This document shows positions 11,040-21,822 of a stretch of 64,000 nt of DNA, one piece after another. Below the pieces are notes generated by a model. That model had not been told where the DNA came from. It worked only from the letters and a program-made list of their open reading frames with translations, and made no database searches. This DNA comes from Candidatus Poribacteria bacterium (GTDB lineage: Bacteria > Poribacteria > WGA-4E > WGA-3G): NCBI GenBank assembly GCA_965205025.1, contig CBDBFU010000012.1:224001-288000 (forward strand). Reading direction: 5' to 3'. Position 1 is the first letter of the stretch, and each line of letters opens with the position of its first letter. The translations under genes were made by a program, and so were the position numbers.

Positions 11040-11810
11040 ATGAAATATGTCACTTTAACCATAGCATTACTATTACTTATAGGACTGGCAGTACAACCAG
11101 TGCTTTCTCAAGATCTAAAAAAAGGCATCGTAGCATATTGGGACTTCAACAAAGATGAAGGCGAAACTACCACTGATTCATCTGGCAATGGACACGATGG
11201 GACATTGTTAGGGGATACAAAATGGACAAAAGACGGCTACTTTGGCGGCGGAGTTATGTTTGATGGTGCTGGAGATGAAGTAAATATTCCTTACCATAAG
11301 GATCTTAATCCAGAAGTATTCACTATCACTGCTTGGGCAAACGTCGCAGATGGTGGTGCTGGACATCGCGCTGTCGTATCATCTCGTGCTGACTTTCCAC
11401 AACGCGGTTTTATCTTCTATTGTACTCCTCAGAACACATGGCAGTTTTGGATCGGTGCCGGAGCCAATCACTGGAAATCAGCCCAAGGTCCCGCAGTCAA
11501 TCTTGATAAATGGGATCACCTTGCTGGCACCTATGCGGACGGAAATCATAGGTTTTATGTAAATGGTGAATTTGCAGCGGAACAGAATTTTGATATTGAT
11601 CTTAACCCCGATCAAGAATTTCTCATCGGTGCTGGAGCAAATGAAACCGCAAACCATAACTACTTTTTCAATGGTATAATTGATGAAGTACGTCTTTATG
11701 ACCGTGTTCTGGACGACGACGAAATCGAAGCAGTTATGAAGAGTGATTCCTTGGATGTTGAACCATCTGGTAAGATCGCTATTACTTGGGGACAACTCAA
11801 AACCAAATAG
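11040..11810 (+). CDS. Secreted LamG-like protein with TWGQLK motif (paralog 2)
   Basis: Same motifs, with a core nearly identical to paralog 1; ends KIAITWGQLKTK. Confidence 0.9.
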   Translation: MKYVTLTIALLLLIGLAVQPVLSQDLKKGIVAYWDFNKDEGETTTDSSGNGHDGTLLGDTKWTKDGYFGGGVMFDGAGDEVNIPYHKDLNPEVFTITAWANVADGGAGHRAVVSSRADFPQRGFIFYCTPQNTWQFWIGAGANHWKSAQGPAVNLDKWDHLAGTYADGNHRFYVNGEFAAEQNFDIDLNPDQEFLIGAGANETANHNYFFNGIIDEVRLYDRVLDDDEIEAVMKSDSLDVEPSGKIAITWGQLKTK

Positions 11811-11834
11811 CATCAACACTTTATCCATTTGAAT

Positions 11835-11888
11835 TACTTAATATAACAAAGGAGTCGGGTTTAACCCACTCCTTTGTTATATTAAGTA
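11835..11888. terminator. Long inverted repeat, probable terminator
   Basis: tacttaatataacaaaggagt ... actcctttgttatattaagta, 21-bp perfect arms, directly downstream of the CDS ending at 11810. Confidence 0.7.
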
Positions 11889-12101
11889 TACAGTGTATCT
11901 CATAAATACGAATCCATTCTACCGATATAATTTCTCTTCGTAGTGGGCGGGATCTCCCCACCCGTTGTTTCAAAATTTATTACATTGACTGACTTTATAG
12001 AAAATATTGTACATAAACCCTGAGTATTTACTTTGAAAATACCACTGTTACTTGGAAACAACTAATAACTATAAACTAATCCTTAGATGAGGGTATATGA
12101 G

Positions 12102-12866
12102 ATGAAGTATATATGTATTACATTTGCTTTAATATTCTTTGTTGGATTCATAATACAATCGGCACTATCTAAGAATATTGATGAAGGTATCGTTGCCTAT
12201 TGGGGACTAAACGAAGATAATGGTGAAACGGCTAAAGATGATTCTGGGAATGGACACGATGGAAAGTTGCTTGGAGACCCACAGTGGACAAAGGAAGGAT
12301 ATTTTGGAGGAGCTCTTGAATTCGATCAGGTTGGAGATGAAGTTAACGTTCCATTCCATAAAGATCTCAATCAAGAATCCTTTAGTGTGTGTGCTTGGGC
12401 AAACGTTGAACCCGGAAGTGCAAATCATCGCGCAGTTGTTTCTTGTCGTGATGCCCCGCCATTGAGTGGGTATATCTTTTATGCAGAACCAGGGAATACT
12501 TGGCAATATTGGACTGGTGATGGGTCATGGGTATCTGTTCAGGGACCTAAGGTAAATCTTGGGGATTGGGATCATCTAACAGGGACCTATGCCGATGGTG
12601 TACAAAAGTTCTACGTTAACGGAGAATTTGTAGGTGAAAGGAACTCTAAGATTATCGTTAATACAAGACAGGAATTTCTCATTGGTGCCGGTGGGAATGA
12701 ACTCGGGGCACATCAATACCTCTTTAAGGGTAGGATTGATGAGGTGCGTTTATATGACCGTGCACTGGACGAAGACGAAATCGCAGCAGTAATGGAGAGT
12801 GAAGGATTAGCCGTGGAAGCATTTCGTAAGATTGCTGTTAAATGGGGACAACTTAAAGCAAAGTAA
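12102..12866 (+). CDS. Secreted LamG-like protein with WGQLK motif (paralog 3)
   Basis: Same fold motifs; ends KIAVKWGQLKAK. Start at 12102 (MKYICI) chosen by alignment with paralog 2; ORF track starts at 12087. Confidence 0.88.
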   Translation: MKYICITFALIFFVGFIIQSALSKNIDEGIVAYWGLNEDNGETAKDDSGNGHDGKLLGDPQWTKEGYFGGALEFDQVGDEVNVPFHKDLNQESFSVCAWANVEPGSANHRAVVSCRDAPPLSGYIFYAEPGNTWQYWTGDGSWVSVQGPKVNLGDWDHLTGTYADGVQKFYVNGEFVGERNSKIIVNTRQEFLIGAGGNELGAHQYLFKGRIDEVRLYDRALDEDEIAAVMESEGLAVEAFRKIAVKWGQLKAK

Positions 12867-12994
12867 GACTATTGGACGTTCAACACTTACCATTCTTTCC
12901 TCCTGACTGTTATAGTATCCAATACTATTTTTGATAATTAAAGTCTCTTTAATTGTAGCATAAACTTTCAGTTTGTGCTGTATTTCAAACATGT

Positions 12995-13185
12995 ATAGGT
13001 GTCAATTTAGGAGAAAAAATGTTGTATCTTAGGAGAAAAAATGTTGTATCCCCAGTCCGGGAGGTGCGGTTTCCCAACCGCACCAAATTTGTGCCAAACC
13101 TTGTATTGAAAGCCTTCTCGTATAATCCGCTTCGGTTAGGAAACCGAAGCTACCGTTCTTGGATGTGCACTAAATTGACGCCTAT
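12995..13185. mobile_element. MITE with 16-bp terminal inverted repeats and flanking direct repeat, enclosing two REP-like hairpins
   Basis: ataggtgtcaatttag (12995) and ctaaattgacgcctat (13185) match at 15/16. gtgctgtatttcaaa occurs on both sides (12975, 13187). A 22-bp tandem duplication lies at 13007-13050. Confidence 0.7.
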
Positions 13186-13360
13186 GGTGCTGTATTTCAA
13201 AAGATACATAACAACTGTCTATAGAATAAACAATTATAAAAATGGTATAACAATAAACCGATTAGTTAATCTCTTCATTGAGATAAGTATTCAATAGTAG
13301 GTATTTATATACCATCTCTACATATATGTCAATTATTCTCACATTGTCATCGCTTAATTT

Positions 13361-13391
13361 TTGACACACCCAATAACTTCTATGCTATAAT
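13361..13391 (+). promoter_or_regulatory. Putative sigma70 promoter (extended -10)
   Basis: TTGACA...TGcTATAAT upstream of 13454. Confidence 0.55.
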
Positions 13392-13453
13392 TAGGCATTC
13401 ATAAATAGAAATCAGGGGTGTAACCCCTCCTATACAGAAGGAGCCAATATATA

Positions 13454-14482
13454 ATGGCAGATATTATTCAAGGTGCTGTTCTCGGATATGGTGCAGCATT
13501 TAATATGGGAAAAGCACACGCAAATATGATGAATAACACTGATGGAATCACATGTGTTGCCGTGTGTGATATTGATCCAGAACGGACAAAAGCTGCTGAA
13601 GCAGATTTTCCAGGTGTCCGTACATACAACACAGTTGAAGATCTGGTTGCTGATGATGATGTGGATCTCATCGCAAACGTACTGCCTCATAGTCTTCACT
13701 GTGGGCCGACTGTCGCTGCTCATAATGCGGGGAAACATGTTGTCGTTGAAAAACCGATGTGCATTACTGTGGCTGAAGCTACAGAAATGATTACTGCTGC
13801 AAAAGAGAATGATGTGATGCTTTCTGTGCATCACAACCGTCGATGGGATTCAGATTTCTGGACACTCCGAGAACTTGTTCAATCCGGTATTATCGGTAAA
13901 GTTTTTAGCGTTGAAATGTGGGGTGGTGGTTACGGAAGACCTAATCCCAATTGGTGGCGAAGTGTAAAAGCAATCTCGGGTGGACATTTCTATGATTGGG
14001 GCGCACACTTCCTCGATTGGTTACTCAATGTCCTTGAAGCACCTATGATAAATGTTACAGGGTTCATGCAACCTAATCTTGTTTGGGAGGATATTACGAA
14101 TGAAGACCATGTGCAGGCAGTAATACGATTCGCTGGAGCGAAATATGTCGCTGAGGGCGCATCTGCAAACATACAGATGTCAAGTATTGCTAAGGTCGGT
14201 GGAGATAAATGGAAACTCCTCGGCTCACATGGGGCAATCGTATCTGAAGGCGGGGAATATAAAGTACTATCCGAAGTTGAAGGACATCCAAAAGAGCAGA
14301 AAGTCGGATTTCATGGTAGACCCGGTCCAAGTTATTACCAAAATATCGTGGCTCACATAAACGATGGAACACCTTTGCTTGTCACCCCTGAATCTGCACG
14401 ACGCGTTATCGCAATTATGGATTTGGCAGAAAAATCCGCAAAAACCCATCAGTCTGAAACCATTCCCTATGAATTTGAATAA
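13454..14482 (+). CDS. Gfo/Idh/MocA family oxidoreductase
   Basis: LGYG Rossmann start, AGKHVVVEKP, HNRRWD, GG.FYDWGAHFLD. Confidence 0.9.
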   Translation: MADIIQGAVLGYGAAFNMGKAHANMMNNTDGITCVAVCDIDPERTKAAEADFPGVRTYNTVEDLVADDDVDLIANVLPHSLHCGPTVAAHNAGKHVVVEKPMCITVAEATEMITAAKENDVMLSVHHNRRWDSDFWTLRELVQSGIIGKVFSVEMWGGGYGRPNPNWWRSVKAISGGHFYDWGAHFLDWLLNVLEAPMINVTGFMQPNLVWEDITNEDHVQAVIRFAGAKYVAEGASANIQMSSIAKVGGDKWKLLGSHGAIVSEGGEYKVLSEVEGHPKEQKVGFHGRPGPSYYQNIVAHINDGTPLLVTPESARRVIAIMDLAEKSAKTHQSETIPYEFE

Positions 14483-14501
14483 TCTATATTAATTTACATA
14501 C

Positions 14502-14534
14502 ATATAAGGCGGAGTAAATTCCGCCTTATATTTT
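14502..14534 (+). terminator. Intrinsic terminator
   Basis: atataaggcgga-gtaaat-tccgccttatat followed by a T run. Confidence 0.7.
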
Positions 14535-14568
14535 CACTAAACAATTACCTTCCCTCCAATTTCCGAAT

Positions 14569-15585
14569 ATGAAAGCAATTTTATTTGAGAATACACATAA
14601 GATCAGCATACAAGACATACCTGTTCCAACTCTTGATGCCGGAGATGTACTTATCCAAATGGAATTATGTGGAATATGTGCATCTGACATTGCTGCACTC
14701 CGTGGTGATGTAACTGACTATACTCCACCCGTAATAATGGGACATGAACTGGCTGGAATAGTAGTTGAAAGTCGACACTCCCAAGTGAAAGTTGGAGAAC
14801 GGGTCACTGTAAATCCAATGCTCTCATGCGGTGAGTGTGCAAATTGTCAAAATGACCAAGACAAGTATTGCAATAAAATTGAAGGTATTGGACACGACAT
14901 TGATGGAGGATATGCAGAGTATATCCGAATGCCAAAACATGGTGTTGATACTAACAAACTTATCACCGTACCTGATAATCTACCTCCAGAAGAATTGCTC
15001 TTCCTTGAACCATTAGGATGTTGTCTAAATGCAATGTCAGATACAATCTTCAAAAACAGTGTTGCAATCCTTGGAGCAGGTCCAATTGGTTTATTGTTAA
15101 CCCAACTAACAAAAAGAAAAGGTTTAACAACCTATGTGATTGATCCACTTTTACATCGAAGAAAAATTGCTGAAACTGTTGGTGCCGAGGAAACCTTTGA
15201 TATCTCACCAGACAGTATTGAGAATCTAAAAGAGATTACCAATGGTGGTGTTGACACAGTTATTTCTGCCACTACCAATAATACAGCTGCAATATCCCTC
15301 GCTACTTCTATCGTACGAAAAGGGGGTTGTATAAATTACTTTGGTCTTTCACCTGAAGGTGAGGAGCTCAAAATCAACTTAGAAGAATTTCATTATACAG
15401 GACACAAGTTGATGGCATCCTGGGCATTTTCCCGATCAAGTCTCGAAGAATCTCGCCAACTCTTGCTTGAAAAAGCACTTAACTTCATACCTTTGATAAC
15501 TGATCGGTTTCCAATCATAAAAGGTTTAGAGGCATTTGAGAATGCAATCGCGCATCGCGGTGTCAAAACCATACTGCATCCCTAA
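14569..15585 (+). CDS. Zn-dependent medium-chain (sugar-alcohol/threonine-type) dehydrogenase
   Basis: CGICASD, GHELAG, structural Zn site CGECANC...C, GAGPIG. Confidence 0.9.
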   Translation: MKAILFENTHKISIQDIPVPTLDAGDVLIQMELCGICASDIAALRGDVTDYTPPVIMGHELAGIVVESRHSQVKVGERVTVNPMLSCGECANCQNDQDKYCNKIEGIGHDIDGGYAEYIRMPKHGVDTNKLITVPDNLPPEELLFLEPLGCCLNAMSDTIFKNSVAILGAGPIGLLLTQLTKRKGLTTYVIDPLLHRRKIAETVGAEETFDISPDSIENLKEITNGGVDTVISATTNNTAAISLATSIVRKGGCINYFGLSPEGEELKINLEEFHYTGHKLMASWAFSRSSLEESRQLLLEKALNFIPLITDRFPIIKGLEAFENAIAHRGVKTILHP

Positions 15586-15986
15586 GAACATTTCCCCGCC
15601 ACTAAAGACAATTCCACTCCATTTTACACTTCATTAATTCCAGACATAATATTAGTAATATCTTCTTCTATTGGTTTTTGTCAGTTAGAAGCCTAATAAT
15701 TCTAACTATATTTGTTCTTCATTTTTCACAGAATGATATTAGAAAAAGGTTAGATTCTGTAACTTTTTTCAAGATTTATAGTTTCTTATTTAGGTAGGAT
15801 ACACATTAAAAATAACAATAAGACATACTTTAAATATATATAACAATGATCAGTTTAATAAGTCCTGTGAATTCAGAATTGTCTGATAAATTCTGTGAAT
15901 TCACAGTAAAATACTGTCAACAATGAATATGGAAGGAGATACCTAAGTAACGGATAATATCAGTATTCGCCACTTAGAATTAGCTT

Positions 15987-16826
15987 ATGAACCTCGGTGC
16001 ACATGTTTCCACAGCGGGTGGAATTCATAACTCTATCAAAAATGGTGTTGATCTCAAATGTGACGCAATCCAGATTTTTCTTACGAATCCAAATCGTTGG
16101 GAATCAAAACCACCCTCACCTGATATAATAGATGAATTTCGTCAAGCTTGGGAAAACTCTTCTATCAAAGATATAATCGTTCATGATATTCATCTAAGTA
16201 ATCTTGCATCCCCAAAAAAAGATGTGTTAGAAAAATCTCAAAAAAAATTTAAGCACCAGATTGAACTTTGTCAACAATCGGGTATATTACTATTTAATAC
16301 ACATCTCGGAGCACATCTTGGTGAAGGTGAAGAATTTGGGTTGAAACAGCTAAGTGATAGTTTGGACTTAATGTTTGAAACAGCTGATGCCACAGATGTA
16401 ATAGTCTTACTTGAAACAACTGCTGGTCAAGGAACAAACTTGGGGTACTGTTTTGAACATCTTCGTGATGTAATAGGAATGTCAAATTATCCTGATCGAT
16501 TCGGTGTCTGTTTAGATACCTGTCATGTTTTTGCCGCAGGATATGATCTGCGTACTGAAGAGGATTGTGAAACTACTTTTGATAAATTTGATGAGATAAT
16601 TGGTTTGGAAAGACTCAATGCATTTCATATTAACGATGCCAAATCAGAATATAACAGTCGTGTAGATAGGCATGAACATATAGGAGAAGGGAATATTGGT
16701 TCAACAGCATTTGAATATATTTTAAATGACTCACGTTTTGCTGAAACGCCACTCATCATTGAAACACCAAAGATGAATACAATGCATGGTAAAAATCTAA
16801 AAGTCTTACGTGGTTTAGTGAAATAG
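15987..16826 (+). CDS. nfo: Endonuclease IV
   Basis: LGAHVSTAGG, LLETTAGQGTNLG, GVCLDTCHVFAAGYD, HINDAK, DRHEHIGEG, IETP. Confidence 0.93.
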   Translation: MNLGAHVSTAGGIHNSIKNGVDLKCDAIQIFLTNPNRWESKPPSPDIIDEFRQAWENSSIKDIIVHDIHLSNLASPKKDVLEKSQKKFKHQIELCQQSGILLFNTHLGAHLGEGEEFGLKQLSDSLDLMFETADATDVIVLLETTAGQGTNLGYCFEHLRDVIGMSNYPDRFGVCLDTCHVFAAGYDLRTEEDCETTFDKFDEIIGLERLNAFHINDAKSEYNSRVDRHEHIGEGNIGSTAFEYILNDSRFAETPLIIETPKMNTMHGKNLKVLRGLVK

Positions 16827-17102
16827 AAAACATAGCAGGAAATAGTACCCAACGAATCTATAGTTATAGGAATATTATTAACGTGAGTTTGAAAATAGTT
16901 ATATGAACATCATTTCCAAAATATGGTATTATAATGGATCATGAAAGCATATAGAAGATCCTGATAAGTGCGGATTCACGTTGAGTATAAGTTGTGGTAC
17001 ATACACAAGCTTTGTCCAAACCCAAGGCACGTGCACTGACAGAGATTACGACAACCGTGATGATAATAAAGACAATTTCAATCAACTTTTCAATTTTTAT
17101 TT

Positions 17103-18410
17103 ATGGATACAGCAAGAATTCAGATAAAAGCAGGAAACGGTGGAAACGGGTGTATTAGTTTCCGTAGAGAAAAATTCGTACCTCGAGGTGGTCCTGATGG
17201 TGGTGATGGTGGGAAGGGAGGACACGTCATCCTCGTCGCAACCCTTGGGATGAGCACACTAATTGATTTACACCATAATCCTCGCCAATCAGCCGAAAAT
17301 GGTGGGCACGGTACAGGTAAGAAGCGAGATGGCGCGGATGGTGCAGATCGAATCATAAAGGTTCCTGTTGGTACTATCATTAAAGACTTTGATACTGAAG
17401 AAATACTTGCGGATCTCACACAACCTGATCAATCTGTTATCGCTGCACGGGGTGGTATCGGTGGAAAGGGAAATTCACGATTCAAGAGTAGTACTTTTCA
17501 GAGTCCACGGGTCGCTGAAAAAGGAGAACCCGGTATTGAACGGGAGATCAGTCTTGAAGTTAAAATAATTGCGGATGTCGGTTTAGTAGGGTATCCAAAT
17601 GCTGGAAAATCAACTTTACTCTCACGGACATCCGCTGCAACTCCAAAAATCGCTTCCTATCCTTTCACTACGCTTATACCGAACTTAGGGGTTGTTCGAA
17701 TTGATCAAGAACAGAATTTTGTTTTGGCTGACATACCAGGTCTGATTGAAGGCGCACATAAAGGGGCAGGTTTAGGACACCAATTTTTACGGCATATTGA
17801 ACGTACCAAAATGCTTATCCATGTTATTGATCTTAGTGCAATAGATGGTCGAGATCCAATTGAAGATTACGAACAATTGAATCTTGAACTTGGACACTAT
17901 AATTCACTGTTGACTGAACTCCCTCAACTCATTGCATTAAATAAGGTTGATATGCCTGAATCAGAATCAAATATAGAACGAGTGAAAGCATATTTTGGAA
18001 AAAGAAAAGTATTTCCAATTTCTGCAATTACGGGTGAGGGGATCAATTCTCTCATGCAACAAGCCTACAGATCCCTACAATATCTTGAGTCTAAGGCAAG
18101 GGAAGAAGCAGAAACAACCATCACATTTGAACATGAATTACCTCCCGAACCTCGCAAACGTTTTGAACTGGAAAAGACCGAAGAAGGCTTTATTGTTACA
18201 GGGGATGAACCAAAACGAGCTGTGGTTATGACAGATATGGAGAACGAACAAGCATTGATGCTCCTATTCCGTAAATTAAAAAAAATGGGAGTGATAAACG
18301 CTCTCACACGTTCAGGCGTCAAAGAAGGCGATACGATTAAAATTGATGATTTCGAATTCACCTACAGTCCTAAAGTAATAAAATCAAATGACACAGAACG
18401 GACAGATTAA
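17103..18410 (+). CDS. obgE: GTPase ObgE/CgtA
   Basis: AGNGGNGCISFRREKFVPRGGPDGGDGG, GYPNAGKST, YPFTT, DIPG, NKVD, and C-terminal OCT domain. Confidence 0.97.
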   Translation: MDTARIQIKAGNGGNGCISFRREKFVPRGGPDGGDGGKGGHVILVATLGMSTLIDLHHNPRQSAENGGHGTGKKRDGADGADRIIKVPVGTIIKDFDTEEILADLTQPDQSVIAARGGIGGKGNSRFKSSTFQSPRVAEKGEPGIEREISLEVKIIADVGLVGYPNAGKSTLLSRTSAATPKIASYPFTTLIPNLGVVRIDQEQNFVLADIPGLIEGAHKGAGLGHQFLRHIERTKMLIHVIDLSAIDGRDPIEDYEQLNLELGHYNSLLTELPQLIALNKVDMPESESNIERVKAYFGKRKVFPISAITGEGINSLMQQAYRSLQYLESKAREEAETTITFEHELPPEPRKRFELEKTEEGFIVTGDEPKRAVVMTDMENEQALMLLFRKLKKMGVINALTRSGVKEGDTIKIDDFEFTYSPKVIKSNDTERTD

Positions 18411-18446
18411 AATCTTATCTTATCCTACAATAGCCAACCCATAAAA

Positions 18447-19592
18447 ATGCACTCTATGCAAAATACACCAACTTACAATAGAAATGGATTATCGGCTGTT
18501 AAACGGATTGTTGTAAAGGTTGGGAGTAGTACAATCTCTGATAATCTGGTTATCAATGAAGCTGCACTTGATGGACTTGTTCACGATTTAGCAACTGTTA
18601 AGCAGCAAGGAATTGAAGTTATTCTTGTTACTTCAGGAGCAATTGCTGCAGGCTGGCCTCACCTCGGTTTTTCAACCCGTCCTCAGACACTTCCTGAATT
18701 ACAAGCTGCCGCAGCAGTCGGACAGACACGTCTTATGTCAGAATATGCTGACCGATTTTCACACTACAAACAATGTGTGGCACAAGTGCTTCTCACACAA
18801 GATGACTTTTCGGATCGAAGACGTTATACCCGAATGAATGACACTTTGCAAACGCTACTCCAACTCAATGCTATTCCAATTATTAATGAAAATGATAGTG
18901 TTTCCGTGGAGGAAATTAGGGTTGGTGACAACGACACACTATCAGCCTATGTTACAAACCTTGCACAAGCCGATTTACTTATAATCCTATCAGATCAGCA
19001 AGGGTTTTTTACCGAAGATCCACGGTTCAATCCTGATTCTGAATTACTACACACCATTACTGATATTTCCGATGAAACCTGGCAGGCTGCTGGTGATGCT
19101 GGGACAAATAGCGGTACAGGCGGAATGCTAACAAAGTTACGTGCAGCCGAAATCGTTACTGGGTCTGGAGAAATGATGGTGATTGCTTTTGGTCGAGAAC
19201 CCCTTGTTATCACACGTATTTTAAAAGGTGAATTACTCGGTACACTTTTTATGCCAAATACTCGTATGTCAGGACGTAAAAGATGGATAGCATATTCTCG
19301 TCCACCAAAGGGATATCTTGTGGTAGATAAAGGTGCGCGCAATGCCCTTGAGCAAAATGGAAGAAGTTTATTGCCTGCTGGTATACAGCGAGTAGTAGGA
19401 CACTTCAACTATCAAGACACAGTCTCGTGTATTTCTGAAAACGGTGCAGAATTCGCAAGAGGTTTAACAAACTATAATTCCACAGAGACAACAAAACTCG
19501 CTGGTAAACAAACACAAGATATAGAAAACATCCTCGGTTATCACGATTACGATGAAGTAATTCATCGGGATAATCTAGTCCTACTCGGTTAA
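18447..19592 (+). CDS. proB: Glutamate 5-kinase with PUA domain
   Basis: RIVVKVGSS, LVTSGAIAAG, PIINEND, GDNDTLSA, GTGGMLTKL, IHRDNLV; follows obgE as in many bacteria. Confidence 0.96.
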   Translation: MHSMQNTPTYNRNGLSAVKRIVVKVGSSTISDNLVINEAALDGLVHDLATVKQQGIEVILVTSGAIAAGWPHLGFSTRPQTLPELQAAAAVGQTRLMSEYADRFSHYKQCVAQVLLTQDDFSDRRRYTRMNDTLQTLLQLNAIPIINENDSVSVEEIRVGDNDTLSAYVTNLAQADLLIILSDQQGFFTEDPRFNPDSELLHTITDISDETWQAAGDAGTNSGTGGMLTKLRAAEIVTGSGEMMVIAFGREPLVITRILKGELLGTLFMPNTRMSGRKRWIAYSRPPKGYLVVDKGARNALEQNGRSLLPAGIQRVVGHFNYQDTVSCISENGAEFARGLTNYNSTETTKLAGKQTQDIENILGYHDYDEVIHRDNLVLLG

Positions 19593-19871
19593 TTTTTCAC
19601 ACACAAAAATATGAAGTATAAAACTCACGGAATTTATAGACATATTTCAGTTTGTACGGTATTTCAAACCATGCTTATCAACTTTTCATAGGATAAACAT
19701 CTATAGAAATGGTATTACTTGAACATTTCTATAAACCAACCCAATCGAATGATTCACAAGTAAACCAGAATACGCATTATGCGTTACAATTAGTGATAAA
19801 ATGAACTTCTTAAAATAGGAGACAGAATGCGTTGAATGAATTAATGTCTCAGCGGATTCTTGTGGTAATTT

Positions 19872-20987
19872 ATGATTAGACTTTATGCTCTGATATTCGG
19901 AGTCATTATAATTTTTCACAATAATGTATATGCAGGACCAGGACGGACGGGTGCTCAAATATTAAATCTGGGTGGAGGAGCACGAGCCAGAGCATTAGGA
20001 GACGCATTTTCTGCTATGTCTGGAGATGTAACAACCTCCCTATGGAATCCCAGTGGCTTGGCAATTTTGCCTGAAAGTAAATTACAGACTGGACGGAAAG
20101 GTGCTCAAGCTTCAATGTTCTATACCGATTATAGTGGTCCTTTTGGTGAAGCAGGTGAAGGTTTATATTATACTTTTGTCTCTGGGGCAATACCTTTAGG
20201 AGAATACGGGACAGTCGGAGCAACACTACAGCTGCAAGGACAAGGAACTATAGCGGTTACCAGTGATTCACCTGACATCTTACGGGAGGAGAGTCTCGGG
20301 ACAAACATGGCACTAACCTTATCCTATGCTGATAGTATTACACAGTCTTTGACCGGTGGTATAAATGGAAAAATGATCCGGATGGTCTTAGGAAGAGAGA
20401 GTGGTAGTTCCTACGCCGTAGACCTTGGAATTCAATATAAGTTGCCTTTTGTTGAGATTATCCCGACAACAATCGGTGCAGTCATACAAAATGTCGGACC
20501 AGGTATTTCTTTTATTGATGAGAACCAGGCAGATCCATTACCACGTTTGTTTAGATTAGGAACTTCAACGAGTCTGTATCAAGATAGATATAACCATGTA
20601 CGCTTAGTATCTGGTATTACTGCTTATATTGATAAATTGAGAGAGGATGAAATAGAATTAGAGGCAGACTTGGAAAGAATTAATGCCGATAGAACTGAAA
20701 AACTTACAAAAAGTCAACTCTTATCAGATAGAGGCGTGGGTATTAGAGCATTTGAATGGCGGCATCTGCAAAAGAATATTGGACTGGAGTATTGGCTTGT
20801 AAACATTCTCGCATTAAGAATTGGGTATAAGTCTGAACCAGGAATCTCTCTACCCAATTGGTTTGATCATGTTACCTATGGAATTGGAGCTAAGGTTTCT
20901 ATGTTCAATCTTGATATAACTTATGGACCCCGTTTCGGTCCAAGTCAAGAACGGTTGATTGAATTTACGGGTTTAGTACTATTTTAA
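19872..20987 (+). CDS. PorV/PorQ-like outer-membrane beta-barrel protein
   Basis: Signal peptide, then GAQILNLGGGARARALGDAF.A...D.T...WNPSGLA; NVGPGISFIDENQADPLP resembles PorV; LALRIGY; C-terminal Phe. Confidence 0.75.
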   Translation: MIRLYALIFGVIIIFHNNVYAGPGRTGAQILNLGGGARARALGDAFSAMSGDVTTSLWNPSGLAILPESKLQTGRKGAQASMFYTDYSGPFGEAGEGLYYTFVSGAIPLGEYGTVGATLQLQGQGTIAVTSDSPDILREESLGTNMALTLSYADSITQSLTGGINGKMIRMVLGRESGSSYAVDLGIQYKLPFVEIIPTTIGAVIQNVGPGISFIDENQADPLPRLFRLGTSTSLYQDRYNHVRLVSGITAYIDKLREDEIELEADLERINADRTEKLTKSQLLSDRGVGIRAFEWRHLQKNIGLEYWLVNILALRIGYKSEPGISLPNWFDHVTYGIGAKVSMFNLDITYGPRFGPSQERLIEFTGLVLF

Positions 20988-20991
20988 TGAA

Positions 20992-21810
20992 TTGAGGTAC
21001 ATTATAATCGTGATGTTAAATAAGAGAATAGTTTTATATATTGCACTAATTACCTTACTCCCCTCTATTGTTTTTGCATCCCAACTATCACAATCTTCAA
21101 TATTCAATGGATTTCATTTAAGGTCGTCAATTGGATCAAAAATACTTAAAGATGAATCTTCCACTACATTAGTCACAACTAATAATTCAACTGCTCTGAA
21201 ATCTCCAAATGAAGCATTTTTGTATTCAATGGTTGTCCCAGGTTTAGGACAGATTAACAATGGTGCAAAATATGGGTACATCTATACTGCTGCTGAAGTA
21301 GGATTATTGACGACCTTTTTTATTCTGCGAAACAATGCAGCGAATACACGAGAAAACTACCGTGATATCGTAAGAGACAATGTAATCTTTGAAGGTCCAG
21401 GAAATTTTGAGAATTGGGATCCAATTGAAGATTTTGAACATGCCACACAATATGAGAACTGGAATCACGTATATGATTCAGATGCAACAAGAGATCGTAC
21501 CGGGAAATGGTATTGGAAAGATCTTGATCCGACTTTAAAAAGTGAAAAGGATACAGAAATTGACTTTGATTCAAAATATAGATTAGAAGCTTTTGATTTA
21601 AGAGAACAAGCAAATGATAGATTTCAAACCGCACGGACTGTCTTAGGAGTAGTGATTCTTAACCATATTGTTAGTGCCGTTGAAGCACGTATAAACACAA
21701 TACGATACAATAATCAACATTTACAGAACAATAGTTTTGAAATTGAAACAAATACTGATATTTCATCTGGATCCATTACTGGAGTTCTGGTTTTTAAGAA
21801 AAGGTTTTAG
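20992..21810 (+). CDS. Hypothetical membrane/secreted protein (KSP..A..YS..PGLGQ motif, DUF5683-like)
   Basis: KSPNEAFLYSMVVPGLGQ motif, hydrophobic segments, C-terminal F. Probable start is ATG 21013. Confidence 0.6.
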   Translation: MRYIIIVMLNKRIVLYIALITLLPSIVFASQLSQSSIFNGFHLRSSIGSKILKDESSTTLVTTNNSTALKSPNEAFLYSMVVPGLGQINNGAKYGYIYTAAEVGLLTTFFILRNNAANTRENYRDIVRDNVIFEGPGNFENWDPIEDFEHATQYENWNHVYDSDATRDRTGKWYWKDLDPTLKSEKDTEIDFDSKYRLEAFDLREQANDRFQTARTVLGVVILNHIVSAVEARINTIRYNNQHLQNNSFEIETNTDISSGSITGVLVFKKRF

Positions 21811-21822
21811 AAGGAGAAATCA

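Noticed and set aside
13019-13297. 92-aa ORF
   Set aside because: Lies across nested MITE/REP sequence; its apparent RBS comes from the 22-bp tandem duplication.
15865-15906. Imperfect palindrome ctgtgaattc...gaattcacag upstream of nfo
   Set aside because: Single occurrence with no recognisable operator or RNA family; cannot be supported as a feature.
16955-17065. Possible structured leader upstream of obgE
   Set aside because: Only weak short stems; no recognisable riboswitch or ncRNA motif by eye.
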